Assembly (NCBI GenBank): GCA_964649225.1
Contig: CAZYPO010000002.1
Location: 48,384-102,671, forward strand
Direction of reading: 5' to 3'
DNA: 54,288 bases
Source of the DNA: an uncultured Gemmatimonas sp.
GTDB lineage: Bacteria > Gemmatimonadota > Gemmatimonadetes > Gemmatimonadales > GWC2-71-9
Shown piece by piece: positions 11,721 through 23,839 of the stretch. A program made the translations under genes and the position numbers. The notes under the pieces are model-generated. The model was not told the origin of the DNA. It saw only the letters and a list, made by a program, of their open reading frames with translations, and searched no databases. The stretch's first letter is position 1. The number at the start of each line of letters is the position of its first letter.

Positions 11721-12962
11721 TCATACATCGGCATAGCCACTCAGCCTCGAGTCCAAGGCCACCCGCAAAGCCAGCCCCATGGCCAGCCCAGTCGCCAGAA
11801 TAAAGGAGCCTCCATATGAAAAAAATGGCAGTGGGATTCCGGTGATGGGCATGATGTTGATCGTCATGCCAACGTTCTCGAACAAGTGGGTAAACAGGAG
11901 TCCCAATACCCCGAAAACCACCAGACTGGAAAACGGGTCGGTCGCCCGGCGCGCAATCCGGAGCAGAATCATGAACAGCCCCAGGAAGAGACTCAGCGCC
12001 GTGATCACGCCAAGGAATCCGAGCTCCTCCCCCACCACGGCAAAGATGAAATCGGTGTATTGCTCCGGCAGGAACGCCAGCCGTTTCTGCGGGCCGTTCA
12101 GGAACCCGTTGCCGAACAGCCCTCCTGAGCCGATCGCAACCTTCGACTGGATCGCCTGGTACCCGGCGTGGACGGGATCGCTTTCCGGATTGAGATAGGT
12201 CAGCAGGCGTTGCCGCTGGTAGTCCTTGAGCCCGTTCCAGATCACGATGGCCACGACGCCCATGGCCGAGTTCACCAGGTAAATCAGTACGCCTTCGACG
12301 ACGTAGGAACGCCAGAGCACCAGCAGCAGGAAGAGCACGAGCATCCAGGCGCCCCACCAGCGGGTGTCCGCGGCCAGCAGCAGGCTCACTGCCGGGGAGG
12401 CGAGCAGCAGGAGCAGGCGCGGCGACACGCCCGCCCAGAACAGCATGGCGAAGAGGATCCCGATGAAGACGATCGCGCTGCCCAGGTCCGGCTGTCCCAT
12501 CACCAGGATGAGCGGGACCCCGGCAATCATGACCGGGACCACCAGCCTGCGGAGCGTGTGGGGCGGTTCGCGCAGTGAGGAGAGGTAGCGCGCCAGCAGC
12601 AGGATCGTTGCCAGCTTGGCCAGCTCGACCGGTTGTCCGATCTTGTGGCCCGAAATCGCCAGCCAGCTCTTGCTGCCCGCCGCCGTTCCGGAGCCGGTCC
12701 CCACCAGCAGGGTCAGCACCAGCAGCAGGAGCCCAACCGCGTAGAGAAACGGCGCGGCCCACTCGAGCAACCGGAAATTCACCCGGAGGACCACTGCGGC
12801 CGCGACCGTCGCCACCCCGATCCATGCGATCTGGCGGGTCCAGGCGTTACGGGCCAGGCTGGGTACATCGGTCTGCCCGGCGGAATAGACCATCAGCACG
12901 CCGAAGGCGGAGAGCGCCAGCACGGCCAGAAGGAGCGGCCGGTCGAGACCTTGCCGTCTCAT
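11721..12962 (-). CDS. rodA: rod shape-determining SEDS protein RodA
   Basis: QPVELAK, QPDLGSA, YQRQRL, QSKVAIGSGG, LPEQYTDFIFAVVGEELG, PFFSYGGS; lies directly after the PBP2 gene. Confidence 0.94.
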   Translation of the reverse strand: MRRQGLDRPLLLAVLALSAFGVLMVYSAGQTDVPSLARNAWTRQIAWIGVATVAAAVVLRVNFRLLEWAAPFLYAVGLLLLVLTLLVGTGSGTAAGSKSWLAISGHKIGQPVELAKLATILLLARYLSSLREPPHTLRRLVVPVMIAGVPLILVMGQPDLGSAIVFIGILFAMLFWAGVSPRLLLLLASPAVSLLLAADTRWWGAWMLVLFLLLVLWRSYVVEGVLIYLVNSAMGVVAIVIWNGLKDYQRQRLLTYLNPESDPVHAGYQAIQSKVAIGSGGLFGNGFLNGPQKRLAFLPEQYTDFIFAVVGEELGFLGVITALSLFLGLFMILLRIARRATDPFSSLVVFGVLGLLFTHLFENVGMTINIMPITGIPLPFFSYGGSFILATGLAMGLALRVALDSRLSGYADV

Positions 12963-14794
12963 CGCGGGATGGTGTCGGGGATCACGCTCGGCTGAGCCAC
13001 CGAATCCTCCACCACCGGCACCTTCACCTTGGCACGGCCCAGGCTCGGATCGAGCTCGGCCAGATACCGTCGGATGACCTGCACCACATAGGGCGCCACG
13101 CCGGAGCCGTGCTCCTTGAACTCCATGATGCTGCCCACCACGATCTCGGGCTTGTCGGCCGGGGCGTACCCGATGAACCAGCCATGGTCCTTGCCATGCG
13201 CGTTCTGCGCGGTTCCGGTCTTCCCCGCCACGTGGATCTCGCGTCCGCCGCTCGCGGACGCCGTACCGCTCTCGACCACTTTCGCCAGCGCCACGCGCAA
13301 CCCCTGCAGCTGCGCGGGAGTGAGCCCGAGCGAGCGCCCCGCGGTTTGGGGGCGCTGCACCAGGTAGGGCGACCGGATGCTGCCGTCGCCCGCGAGCGCG
13401 GCGTAGAACCGCATCATGTTCATCAAGGACTGGTTGTTCTCACCTTGCCCGATCGCGAGGTTGAGCGTCACCGCGTTGCTCCAGCCCCTCGGGCCATAGG
13501 CGCGGTCGTAGTAGGCGGGATTGGCGGGGAGGAATGGCTTCACCTCGCTGCCGAGATCGATCCCGGTCCGCTCCGAGAAGCCCAGCTTGTTGCCATCCTC
13601 GAGAAGGTACGGTAGGCCCAGCCGGAGGCCGAGCTGGTAGAAATAGGCGTCGCAGCTCTTCGCGATCGCGTCGGTCAGGTTGAGCGAGCCGTGGCCTTCC
13701 TTTTTCCAGCAGTGGAAAAAGCGGTTGCCGTACTGAAAGCCCCCGCGGCAGGGCTCCGGCATGTGGGTCTCGAAGCCCACCGCTCCGCGGCGCAGCGCCA
13801 TCACGGCCAGCGCCAGTTTGAACGGCGAGGCGGGGGGATAGGTCCCGCGGATCGCGCGGTTCAGCAGCGGCTTGGCTTCGTTGCTCGTCAGCCCCGACCA
13901 CAGCTCCTGCCCGATCCCGCCGATGAACTCATTGGGGTCGAAGCTCGGCGCGGAATACAGCGCCAGGATCTGCCCGTCCGGTGTCATCGCCACGAGGGCG
14001 CCCCGGGTGTCGGGCAACGCGGCCTTCCAGAGGCTGTCGATGAACTCCTGCAGAGGGAGGTCGATGGTGGTCTTGATCGGCACGCCGGCGATCGGTGAGA
14101 GCGAGGGCGAGGAGACTTCCTCGCGCACCATGCGGCCGCGCGCATCCACTTCGGTGTAGCGCACTCCGTCGATCCCCCGCAGCACCGAGTCGTACTGCTG
14201 TTCCAGCCCATCCCGGCCCACGATCGAGCCCATCCGCGAGCCCGGATAGCGCCCTTTTTTGAGCTCGTCTTCGTTCACCTCGCCTACGTACCCCACCAGG
14301 TGCGCCACCGCCGCCCCGGCGCCGTAGATCCGCCGCGGCTCGGTCTGAATCACCAGGCCCGGCAGCAGGTAGCGGTGCTCCTCGAGCTGGGAGACGGTTT
14401 CGAAGCGCGCCCCGGTAAAGACCAGCGTCGGCTGGTAGGGCGCGCTCTGGAAGCGCCGCACGATCGTCCGCGCTTCCGCGCTGTCGAGCGGCACCAGGGT
14501 TGCCAGCCGCCCCAGCACCGCCCGGATGGAATCCGCCGAAGGCGAGAACAGCTTGACCGTATAGCCGGGAACGTTCTCCGCGATGACCGCGTTGTGGCGG
14601 TCGAGGATCGCGCCGCGGGGCGCCAGCAGCGGAACCTGGCGAAGCCGGTTCTTCTCCGACCGCAGCCGGTAGTCCTGCACCTCGAGCACCTGGGCCCGGA
14701 AGAAGGCGCCCGTCAGCAGCAGGAACACGATCCCCAAGACCAGTTTCGCCTGCGACGTGCGCGCGCGCAGCCGCTCCGCACTGAGCCCGTTCAT
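12959..14794 (-). CDS. mrdA: penicillin-binding protein 2
   Basis: APRGAILDR, GRDGLEQQYD, transpeptidase motifs SPFK / SCD / KTG. ATG 14794 overlaps the mreD stop. Confidence 0.93.
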   Translation of the reverse strand: MNGLSAERLRARTSQAKLVLGIVFLLLTGAFFRAQVLEVQDYRLRSEKNRLRQVPLLAPRGAILDRHNAVIAENVPGYTVKLFSPSADSIRAVLGRLATLVPLDSAEARTIVRRFQSAPYQPTLVFTGARFETVSQLEEHRYLLPGLVIQTEPRRIYGAGAAVAHLVGYVGEVNEDELKKGRYPGSRMGSIVGRDGLEQQYDSVLRGIDGVRYTEVDARGRMVREEVSSPSLSPIAGVPIKTTIDLPLQEFIDSLWKAALPDTRGALVAMTPDGQILALYSAPSFDPNEFIGGIGQELWSGLTSNEAKPLLNRAIRGTYPPASPFKLALAVMALRRGAVGFETHMPEPCRGGFQYGNRFFHCWKKEGHGSLNLTDAIAKSCDAYFYQLGLRLGLPYLLEDGNKLGFSERTGIDLGSEVKPFLPANPAYYDRAYGPRGWSNAVTLNLAIGQGENNQSLMNMMRFYAALAGDGSIRSPYLVQRPQTAGRSLGLTPAQLQGLRVALAKVVESGTASASGGREIHVAGKTGTAQNAHGKDHGWFIGYAPADKPEIVVGSIMEFKEHGSGVAPYVVQVIRRYLAELDPSLGRAKVKVPVVEDSVAQPSVIPDTIPR

Positions 14795-15285
14795 GCGTCG
14801 ATCCGGATGGCAAACCAGTTGCGGAAGAGCAGCAGGATCACCGTGCCCGCCACCGCCGTCGTCAGGGCCTGCAGCGGCGCCCACACCAGCAATCCCGCCG
14901 AGAGCTGCCCCGCCGGGGTCCCGCTCGCCAGCAGCATCAGCGTATTGCGGAGCATGACACCGCCGGCAAAGAGGCCGGCATTCACCAGCAGGTTATCGGG
15001 GAAAAAGACCGCCCTGCCCCACGCCGCGAGGTAACCCACCACGGTATGGGCCAGGGCCCCCGCGCCGAAGCTCGCCGGGGTCAGCACGTCATTGACCAGG
15101 CCGACGATGAAACCCGCCAGCGCCGCGATGCCCGGCCGGGCGCGAATCGCCACCAGCATGAGGGCGAGCAGCAAAAAGTCCGGCGCCGCGCGGCTGTCCC
15201 ACAGTCTGGGCCGGACATAGAAATGCAGCGCCGCGAGCAGCGCGAAGCCGAGCATCAGCTGACCTGAATCGCGCCGCGGGCTCAC
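14791..15285 (-). CDS. mreD: rod shape-determining protein MreD
   Basis: Hydrophobic 164-aa protein (PDFLLL, GFIVGLVNDVL) between mreC and mrdA with 4-bp overlaps. Confidence 0.88.
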   Translation of the reverse strand: MSPRRDSGQLMLGFALLAALHFYVRPRLWDSRAAPDFLLLALMLVAIRARPGIAALAGFIVGLVNDVLTPASFGAGALAHTVVGYLAAWGRAVFFPDNLLVNAGLFAGGVMLRNTLMLLASGTPAGQLSAGLLVWAPLQALTTAVAGTVILLLFRNWFAIRIDA

Positions 15286-16103
15286 GGGGGCGAATCAGGC
15301 GCGGAGGGAACCCGCAGCACCAGCACGTGCGCCAGATGGCCCGGATTGGCGAGCGGCGCCAGCCGGTAGATCCGTTCCCAGCCGAGCTCTTCTTTGCGCA
15401 CCCCCGCCACCCGCCCGATCGGGATCCCGCGCGGATACACGCCACCGAGCCCAGAAGTCAGCACCAGCGTCCCGGTCGAGACCGTATCGCGGTAGGCCAC
15501 CCCGCGAAACTCCAGGAACGTCTCACTCGCCTCGGTGTTCACCGAGGGCGCTACGATGCCCAGCACCGCGCCGTCCTCGGTTGCCGCGCTCACCCGAAAG
15601 TCCGGGTGCGCCCAGGTCATCGCCACCGTGCTCATCCCGCCCACGCTGATCAGCACGCCCACGAGACCTTCGGGTGAGATCACCGGATCGCTCACCCTTA
15701 TGCCGGCCGCCGCGCCGACCCCGAGTAGCAGGGTGCGGCCATCCGTCGGTGCCGTCTGGTGCAGGACCTCGGCGGGGACGGTGGCGACCGCGGTCCGGCC
15801 GCGCAGCGCCAGCAGGGCGCGCAGCCGCTGGTTCTCCGCGGCGAGCTCGGCGAGGGATTGGGAGGCAAACACGGCGGAATCCCGCTCCGCCTGCAGCGCT
15901 TGGAAGCGGGAGCGGCTCGTGCGGCCTTCCACCGCGCGCTGCTCCAGCCACAGCAAGGGCAGCAGGGCGGTCTCGCGCACCCCGTTCGCCAGCGAGAGGC
16001 TCCAGCGCTCGGGCAGGGCGATGGCGCCAACCGAAAGCGCCAGACAACCGAGGAAGAGGAGGGTGTCGCTCCGTGAGGTAGCGCGGCCCGTCGCTCGGTT
16101 CAT
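15282..16103 (-). CDS. mreC: rod shape-determining protein MreC
   Basis: N-terminal TM helix, coiled coil (ELAAENQRLRALL), TSGLGGVYPRGIPIG. Confidence 0.9.
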   Translation of the reverse strand: MNRATGRATSRSDTLLFLGCLALSVGAIALPERWSLSLANGVRETALLPLLWLEQRAVEGRTSRSRFQALQAERDSAVFASQSLAELAAENQRLRALLALRGRTAVATVPAEVLHQTAPTDGRTLLLGVGAAAGIRVSDPVISPEGLVGVLISVGGMSTVAMTWAHPDFRVSAATEDGAVLGIVAPSVNTEASETFLEFRGVAYRDTVSTGTLVLTSGLGGVYPRGIPIGRVAGVRKEELGWERIYRLAPLANPGHLAHVLVLRVPSAPDSPP

Positions 16104-16104
16104 G

Positions 16105-17139
16105 TCAGGAGGTGAGGACGCTCCGATACTTCTCGAAATCGTCCAGGATGCGGCCGGTGCCGCGCACGACGCAGGTGAGCGGATCCTCATCCAGATGGAT
16201 CGGTAGCCCGGTCTCCTGCTGCAGCAACAGGTCGAGCCCGCGGATCAGCGCGCCTCCGCCGGTCATGATGATGCCGCGATCCACAATATCCGCCGACAGC
16301 TCGGGCGGAGTGATCTCCAGCGCGCGCCGGACCGCATCCACGATCTGCTGCACCGGCTCCTGGATGGCCTCGCGAATCTCGCTGGAGTGCACCCGCACCG
16401 TCTTGGGAATGCCCGACACGAGATCGCGGCCTTTGACTTCCATCTCCCGCTCTTCTCCTGTGGGGTACGCGGAGCCGATCTTGATCTTGATCGCTTCGGC
16501 GGTGGGCTCACCGATCAGCAGGTTGTAGTTCTTGCGCATGAACTGCACGATCGCCTGGTCGAGTTCATCGCCGCCGGTGCGGATGGAGGTGTCGCTCACG
16601 ATCCCGGAGAGCGCGATCACCGCGATCTCCGTGGTCCCCCCGCCGATGTCGATCACCATGTTGCCCGTCGGGGTCTCGACCGGCAACCCGACGCCGATCG
16701 CCGCCGCCATCGGCTCCGCGACCATCAGCACCTGCTTGGCACCCGCGGTTTCCGCGGAATCGCGCACCGCTCGGCGCTCCACTTCGGTAATTCCCGAGGG
16801 AACGCACACGATCACCCGCGGCTTCACCCGAAATATGTGCTTGTCGATTATGGTCTTGAGGAAATAGCGCAGCATCTTCTCGGTCACGTCGAAGTCGGCG
16901 ATCACGCCGTCTTTGAGCGGCCGCACTGCGATGATGCCGTCGGGCGTGCGCCCGAGCATCCGTTTCGCCTCGAGCCCGACCCCTTTGATCTTTCCGGTGG
17001 CGCGTTCCAGCGCCACAACCGAAGGCTCGTTGAGCACGATGCCTTCGCCGCGCACATAAATCAGGGTATTGGCCGTTCCGAGATCCACCGCGATCTCGTT
17101 GGCGGGAAGCCAGTTTGCGAATTTCCAGGAACGAAACAT
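16105..17139 (-). CDS. mreB: actin-like protein MreB
   Basis: VDLGTANT, LNEPSVVA, RPLKDGVIADF, DIGGGTTE, TGGGALIRG. Alternative GTG start at 17145. Confidence 0.97.
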   Translation of the reverse strand: MFRSWKFANWLPANEIAVDLGTANTLIYVRGEGIVLNEPSVVALERATGKIKGVGLEAKRMLGRTPDGIIAVRPLKDGVIADFDVTEKMLRYFLKTIIDKHIFRVKPRVIVCVPSGITEVERRAVRDSAETAGAKQVLMVAEPMAAAIGVGLPVETPTGNMVIDIGGGTTEIAVIALSGIVSDTSIRTGGDELDQAIVQFMRKNYNLLIGEPTAEAIKIKIGSAYPTGEEREMEVKGRDLVSGIPKTVRVHSSEIREAIQEPVQQIVDAVRRALEITPPELSADIVDRGIIMTGGGALIRGLDLLLQQETGLPIHLDEDPLTCVVRGTGRILDDFEKYRSVLTS

Positions 17140-17172
17140 CGCCACGGCGGCACCGGGGGTGGAACTGAAGCT

Positions 17173-17201
17173 ATCCTAATGGCACGCTTACACTTCCACA
17201 A
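17173..17201 (-). promoter_or_regulatory. sigma70-type promoter of the mre operon
   Basis: Minus strand TTGTGG-N17-TAGGAT, about 30 bp upstream of mreB. Confidence 0.5.
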
Positions 17202-17218
17202 GCGGCCAAAGCGCTTCT

Positions 17219-17662
17219 CTAGCCGTGGACCCCAGTGCTCCCGAACCCGCCCTCTCCTCGACCCGTAAGTGGGAGAGTACTCACTAGCGTAAATTCGGCC
17301 GCTTCCACCCGGGAAACCACCATCTGGGCGATGCGCATCCCCCGCGCAATCTGGAACGGCTCAGCCCCCAGGTTGATCAGAGCGATCTTGAGCTCGCCCC
17401 GATAGTCGCTGTCGATGGTGGCGGGCGTGTTGGGCAGGGTGATGCCGTGGCTGAGCGCCAGCCCCGAGCGGGGCCGGATCTGGATCTCGTATCCGAAGGG
17501 AATCGCGACGGCGAAGCCGGTCCGGAACAGGCGCCGGGTACCCGGCACCAGCTCGCCCTCGTCGGCGCTCGCGATGTCGAAGCCGGCGCTTCCCGGCGTG
17601 GCAAGGCTGGGCAGCGGCAGCCCCTCACCGTGGGGGAGACGGATGATCTGGATCTGGAGCAT
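17219..17662 (-). CDS. dut: trimeric dUTP diphosphatase
   Basis: GSAGFD, IRPRSGLAL, TIDSDYRGE, RIAQMV, RGEGGFGSTG. Confidence 0.96.
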   Translation of the reverse strand: MLQIQIIRLPHGEGLPLPSLATPGSAGFDIASADEGELVPGTRRLFRTGFAVAIPFGYEIQIRPRSGLALSHGITLPNTPATIDSDYRGELKIALINLGAEPFQIARGMRIAQMVVSRVEAAEFTLVSTLPLTGRGEGGFGSTGVHG

Positions 17663-17667
17663 GTCAG

Positions 17668-17737
17668 GTTAGGGAGTAGGAATTGGGGATTGGGGATTGG
17701 GGGTTCGGAGGGGGAGCGGTCCTCCCCACTCCCTAGC
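17668..17737. repeat. ATTGGGG heptamer array with inverted partner units
   Basis: GTTAGGG AGTAGGA ATTGGGG x3 (17682-17702), with inverted-sense units CCCCACT CCCTAGC (17724-17737) that contain the ald TAG. Confidence 0.75.
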
Positions 17738-18851
17738 CTGATAGCACGGATTCCACCGCCACCAACGGCAGCCCGAACGCCTCCGCTACCCCCGGATACA
17801 CCACTTTCCCTTCGACCACGTTCAAGCCGAGCGCCAGCGCCTTGTCGTCCCTGCAGGCCTGCTTCCAGCCTTTGCGGGCCAGCCGCACCGCGTAGCCCAG
17901 CGTGGCGTTGGTGAGCGCCAGGGTGGAGGTCCGCGGCACGCCGCCCGGCATGTTCGCGACGGCATAGTGCAGGATGCCGTCCACGAAGTAGGTCGGGTCC
18001 TCGTGGGTGGTCGGTTTGATGGTTTCGACGCAGCCTCCCTGGTCCACCGCCACGTCGACGATCACCGCGCCGGGCTGCATCCGCTTGAGGTCCGCCCGGG
18101 TAACCAGGTGGGGCGCTTTAGCACCCGGAAGCAGCACGGCTCCGATCACCAGATCGGCCCGCTCGATGGCCTCGAGGATGTTGAACCGGTTGGAATAGAT
18201 CGTCTTGACGTTGGCGGGGAGCACGTCATCCAGATAGCGGAGCCGCTCCAGCGAAATGTCCAGGATGGTGACGTTGGCCCCCAATCCAGCCGCCATTTTG
18301 GCCGCGTTGATCCCAACCACCCCTCCGCCGATGATCACTACTTTGGCCGGCGCCACCCCCGGCACTCCCCCCAGCAGCACGCCGCGGCCGCCGTGCACCT
18401 TCTCCAGGTACTTGGCGCCCTCCTGCACCGCCATCCGCCCCGCCACCTCCGACATCGGCGTGAGCAGCGGCAGCTCCCCACTGGGCAGCTGCACGGTCTC
18501 GTACGCGATGGCGATGGCGCCCGACTGGATTACCGCTCGGGTGAGCGCTTCGGCCGCGGCGAAATGGAAATACGTGTAGATGACTTGGCCGGGCCGCATC
18601 CGCGGCCATTCGACCGCGATCGGCTCCTTTACCTTCATGATCATCTCGGCCGTGGCCCATACGGCTTCGGCCGTTTCGAGCATCTGGCCGCCGGCGGCAA
18701 CAAACTGCTCGTCGCTGAACCCGCTGCCCAGCCCCGCACCCCGTTCCACGCACACCCGATGGCCATTGGCCGCGAGCAGCTCACACCCAGCGGGCACCAG
18801 GGCAATGCGGTTCTCGTTGGTTTTGATCTCTCGCGGGACTCCGATGATCAC
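17733..18851 (-). CDS. ald: alanine dehydrogenase
   Basis: [67 protein letters not shown] before the GTG. Confidence 0.96.
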   Translation of the reverse strand: MIIGVPREIKTNENRIALVPAGCELLAANGHRVCVERGAGLGSGFSDEQFVAAGGQMLETAEAVWATAEMIMKVKEPIAVEWPRMRPGQVIYTYFHFAAAEALTRAVIQSGAIAIAYETVQLPSGELPLLTPMSEVAGRMAVQEGAKYLEKVHGGRGVLLGGVPGVAPAKVVIIGGGVVGINAAKMAAGLGANVTILDISLERLRYLDDVLPANVKTIYSNRFNILEAIERADLVIGAVLLPGAKAPHLVTRADLKRMQPGAVIVDVAVDQGGCVETIKPTTHEDPTYFVDGILHYAVANMPGGVPRTSTLALTNATLGYAVRLARKGWKQACRDDKALALGLNVVEGKVVYPGVAEAFGLPLVAVESVLSG

Positions 18852-18872
18852 GTAGACCTCCCCGTGGAGGAA

Positions 18873-18975
18873 GCTAGGGGGCTAGGAGGTTAGGAGTCGC
18901 CCGGTGTCCTAGCCCCTATCCTCCTAGCTTCCTAGCCTCCTAGCCTCCTAGCCTCCTAGCCTCCTGGCCCCTGGC
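18873..18975. repeat. CTCCTAGC octamer arrays in opposite orientations
   Basis: GCTAGGGG GCTAGGAG GTTAGGAG (18873-18896) facing about six CTCCTAGC-type units (18921-18968). The array includes the M16 peptidase TAG and its last codons. Confidence 0.85.
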
Positions 18976-20223
18976 CTCCGGCCCCAGCCGCACCACGCAC
19001 CATCGCGCCGGATCAAAATACTCCGCGGCGAGGGCGGCGACAGACTCCGGGTTGACCGCGTCGATCTCCACCAGGATCTCATCGAGCCGGCGATATCGGT
19101 CGGCGTGGAGCACGGTCCCCGCCAGGCGATGCATCCGGCTCGAAGGACTCTCCAGCGCCAGCATGATCTGGCCCTTGAGCTGCCGCTGGCCGCCGGCCAG
19201 CTCCTCGCCCGAAAGGCCCTCGCGCGCCAGCCGGCTCAGCTCCACCCGGATGGCCGCCTCGGCGGCCGCCGCGCTGCCGGGATGGGTCCCCACATAGACG
19301 CCGATCGTGCCGGCGCTCTGGTAGAGATGATGGAACGCGTAGACGGCGTAGGCCAGGCCCAGCTCCTCCCGGATTCGCTGGAACAGCCGGCTCGACATGC
19401 CTCCGCCGAGAGTATTGCTCAGGATCGCGAGCGCGTAACGCCGCGGATCGCGGGCGCCGAAGCAATCGGTCCCCAGCACGATGTTGCTTTGGGTGGTGTC
19501 GCGCGGCTCCGAGAGCGACTCGCCGCGCCGCGCCGGCACCGCGGGCACCGGCTTACTGGCCGGCTCGAGGGCGCCTTCGAACCAGCCTTCCCGCTCCAGC
19601 ACCGTGAGGAGCTGTTCGTGGTCCACCTGACCCGCGGCCGCGATCACGCAGTTTCCCCGATAGTAGGCGCTCCGGTGCAGCGCCGTGAGGGCGGCCGCGT
19701 CCAGATTGCCGATGCTTTCCGGGGTGCCCAGGATGGAATAGCCGTAGGGATGGTCTGGCCAGAGGGTGCGCGCGTGCAGCTCGAACACCAGATCATCCGG
19801 CGTGTCGAGCACGCTGTTGATCTCTTCCAGGACGACGTTCCGCTCGAGCTCGAGGTCCTCCGCCCGAAGCAACGGATGGCGCACCAGATCGGTGAGCACT
19901 TCCACGGCCAGCGGAACGTCCGCGTCCAGCACGTGGGCCTGGAAACTGGTATGGTCACGCGAGGTGTAGGCGTCCAGCGAGCCCCCGCGAACCTCGAGCT
20001 CCTCGGCCAGCTGCTTCGAGGTGCGCCGCTCGGTGCCCTTGAAGACCAGGTGCTCCAGCAGGTGCGCCGCCCCCATGATTTCACGCGGCTCGTGCGCGCT
20101 CGCCGAACGCACCCAGATGCCCACCGCGGCCGACCGCACTCCCGGGAGCCGCTCCGAGAGCACGGTCAGGCCATTGGGGGCTATCGACCGCAGCAGCCCT
20201 TCGTCGAGGCGTTCCTGCTCCAC
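18940..20223 (-). CDS. M16 (pitrilysin-family) zinc peptidase
   Basis: HLLEH (HxxEH), ERNVVLEEI, LGGGMSSRLFQRIREELGLAY; lies directly after pnp. Confidence 0.92.
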   Translation of the reverse strand: MEQERLDEGLLRSIAPNGLTVLSERLPGVRSAAVGIWVRSASAHEPREIMGAAHLLEHLVFKGTERRTSKQLAEELEVRGGSLDAYTSRDHTSFQAHVLDADVPLAVEVLTDLVRHPLLRAEDLELERNVVLEEINSVLDTPDDLVFELHARTLWPDHPYGYSILGTPESIGNLDAAALTALHRSAYYRGNCVIAAAGQVDHEQLLTVLEREGWFEGALEPASKPVPAVPARRGESLSEPRDTTQSNIVLGTDCFGARDPRRYALAILSNTLGGGMSSRLFQRIREELGLAYAVYAFHHLYQSAGTIGVYVGTHPGSAAAAEAAIRVELSRLAREGLSGEELAGGQRQLKGQIMLALESPSSRMHRLAGTVLHADRYRRLDEILVEIDAVNPESVAALAAEYFDPARWCVVRLGPEARGQEARRLGG

Positions 20224-20238
20224 GGGAGGGTCCTGACC

Positions 20239-20254
20239 CCCTATTCCCCAATCC

Positions 20255-20259
<5 letters not shown>
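20239..20259. repeat. CCCTATT/CCCCAAT heptamer triplet
   Basis: CCCTATT CCCCAAT CCCTATT; the third unit contains the pnp TAG. Confidence 0.65.
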
Positions 20260-22336
<2,077 letters not shown>

Positions 22337-22375
22337 GTTGACTGCCTTGGTTGAACGGTCCGCTTCCAATGCCAA

Positions 22376-22408
22376 GCGGGCGTCCCACGCTTTTGGCGGG
22401 ACGCCCGC
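22376..22408 (-). terminator. 11-bp GC stem-loop between rpsO and pnp (terminator or processing site)
   Basis: GCGGGCGTCCC(22376-86)...GGGACGCCCGC(22398-408) is a perfect inverted repeat with only a weak U-tract. Confidence 0.45.
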
Positions 22409-22424
22409 GCGCATCCGGGGCCGG

Positions 22425-22685
22425 CTAGTGCCGGAGTCCGAGCTCCTGAATCAGAGCGCGGTAGGTCTCAAGATCAGTATTTCTGAGATAGGTCAGCAGC
22501 CGACGCCGGGTGCCCACCATCTTGAGCAGGCCGCGCCGGCTGTGATGGTCCTTCACGTGGGTTCGGAAATGGTCGGTGAGCGAGTTGATGCGCTCGGTGA
22601 GCAAGGCTACCTGAAGCCGGGCAGACCCGGTGTCCTCTTCGTGGAGGCGGTATTTCGTCGCCACGCCTACCTTGTCGTACGCCAT
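22425..22685 (-). CDS. rpsO: 30S ribosomal protein S15
   Basis: [16 protein letters not shown]...[20 protein letters not shown]. Confidence 0.96.
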   Translation of the reverse strand: MAYDKVGVATKYRLHEEDTGSARLQVALLTERINSLTDHFRTHVKDHHSRRGLLKMVGTRRRLLTYLRNTDLETYRALIQELGLRH

Positions 22686-22743
22686 GCCCTCTTATCCTCT
22701 TTTACATCCGTCTCAGTGAATACGTAAGCTCTAGGAATCCAAT

Positions 22744-22772
22744 AAGATAAGCTCCCGTTCACCCTCCAGCAA
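22744..22772 (-). promoter_or_regulatory. sigma70-type promoter of rpsO-pnp
   Basis: Minus strand TTGCTG-N17-TATCTT, followed by an AT-rich leader of about 50 nt. Confidence 0.6.
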
Positions 22773-22786
22773 CTACCCCCCTCTCC

Positions 22787-23692
22787 TCACCGTCCGCTCC
22801 TTGCCACCGCCGCCACCCCCTCCGGCAGTGTCAGCGGGACCTGCTCGGGCCAGGCCCGAAACACCGCCCCCGCCTTGCCCCGCGCCTTCGCGCGGTACAT
22901 GCAGGCGTCGGCCATGGCCACCGCGGCGTCGATCGAGTCCGGTGGGGCCGTGAAGGTGACCGCCCCGATGCTGAAGGTGACCTCCCAGCCCTCCCGCCGC
23001 ACCACTTCGTCCAGCAGCGACAACACCTTGTTGACGATAGTCTCAGCCTGCTCGGCATCGGTCTCCGGCAGGAGCAGGGCGAACTCGTCACCGCCCAGCC
23101 GAGCCACCACGTCGATGCGGCGGGTGCCCTCGCGGAGGGTCCGCGCCACCCGCCTCAGCACCTCATCGCCCACGCCATGGCCGAGCGTGTCGTTGATTTT
23201 CTTGAAGTTGTCCACGTCGAGATACGCCAGCACCCAGGACATGCCCTGGCGCCGGCTCCACTCCACCGCCCGGTCCAGCGCTCCGAAGAACGCCCGCCGG
23301 TTGGGGATGCCGGTGAGCGGGTCTTCGCGAGCCAGGGTCCGGAGCTTCACGGTCTGCTCCGCCAGCAACGAGACCAGCGCGGAAATGAAGAGGAAGAAGA
23401 GCAGCTGTGCCACGCTGTTCCAGACCAGGTACGGGGAAGCCAGGCCGCCAGGGCGGCTCAACCAATCCAGCGCGATGCGGGTTAGGGTTGTCAGCGCGGC
23501 GAACCATACCCCGGCCGAGCGGCCCAGGTGCCACGCCACTGCCACGATGGGGGGGAGATAGAAAACCGCGATCTCCATTCCCGCGCCGGCGCGGAAATCG
23601 AACCACGCAACCGCGGCCGTCACCAGCAGGCTCCCGGCCAGGATGGCCCAACCGGGGACTCGGCGCAGGGCCGCGTTCAGTCGAATCAACAT
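22787..23692 (-). CDS. membrane-bound diguanylate cyclase (about 4 TM + GGDEF)
   Basis: DPLTGIPNRR, LDVDNFKKINDTLGHGVGD, ARLGGDEF. Start at ATG 23692 is preceded by TACTCT-N6. Confidence 0.9.
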   Translation of the reverse strand: MLIRLNAALRRVPGWAILAGSLLVTAAVAWFDFRAGAGMEIAVFYLPPIVAVAWHLGRSAGVWFAALTTLTRIALDWLSRPGGLASPYLVWNSVAQLLFFLFISALVSLLAEQTVKLRTLAREDPLTGIPNRRAFFGALDRAVEWSRRQGMSWVLAYLDVDNFKKINDTLGHGVGDEVLRRVARTLREGTRRIDVVARLGGDEFALLLPETDAEQAETIVNKVLSLLDEVVRREGWEVTFSIGAVTFTAPPDSIDAAVAMADACMYRAKARGKAGAVFRAWPEQVPLTLPEGVAAVARSGR

Positions 23693-23839
23693 GGTCAAAG
23701 AGTAATGAACGCTTCAGGCCCGAGACAGCAGCACACCCTGCGGGGCAAGGCGCTGCGGCTCCGCCTCCCTACACTGCATCGCAACGCTTTCCGCGGCCGC
23801 CGTGTCTATATCTCTGACTTTGTCATTAAAATGAGCGCC

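Noticed and set aside
16107-16118. GGTGAGGACG at the mreB 3' end as a nonamer copy
   Set aside because: It is a single partial match in the opposite orientation, fully explained by the codons for SVLTS.
18873-18975. Repeat arrays as a possible CRISPR
   Set aside because: Units are 7-9 nt and directly tandem with no unique spacers, and there are no cas genes.
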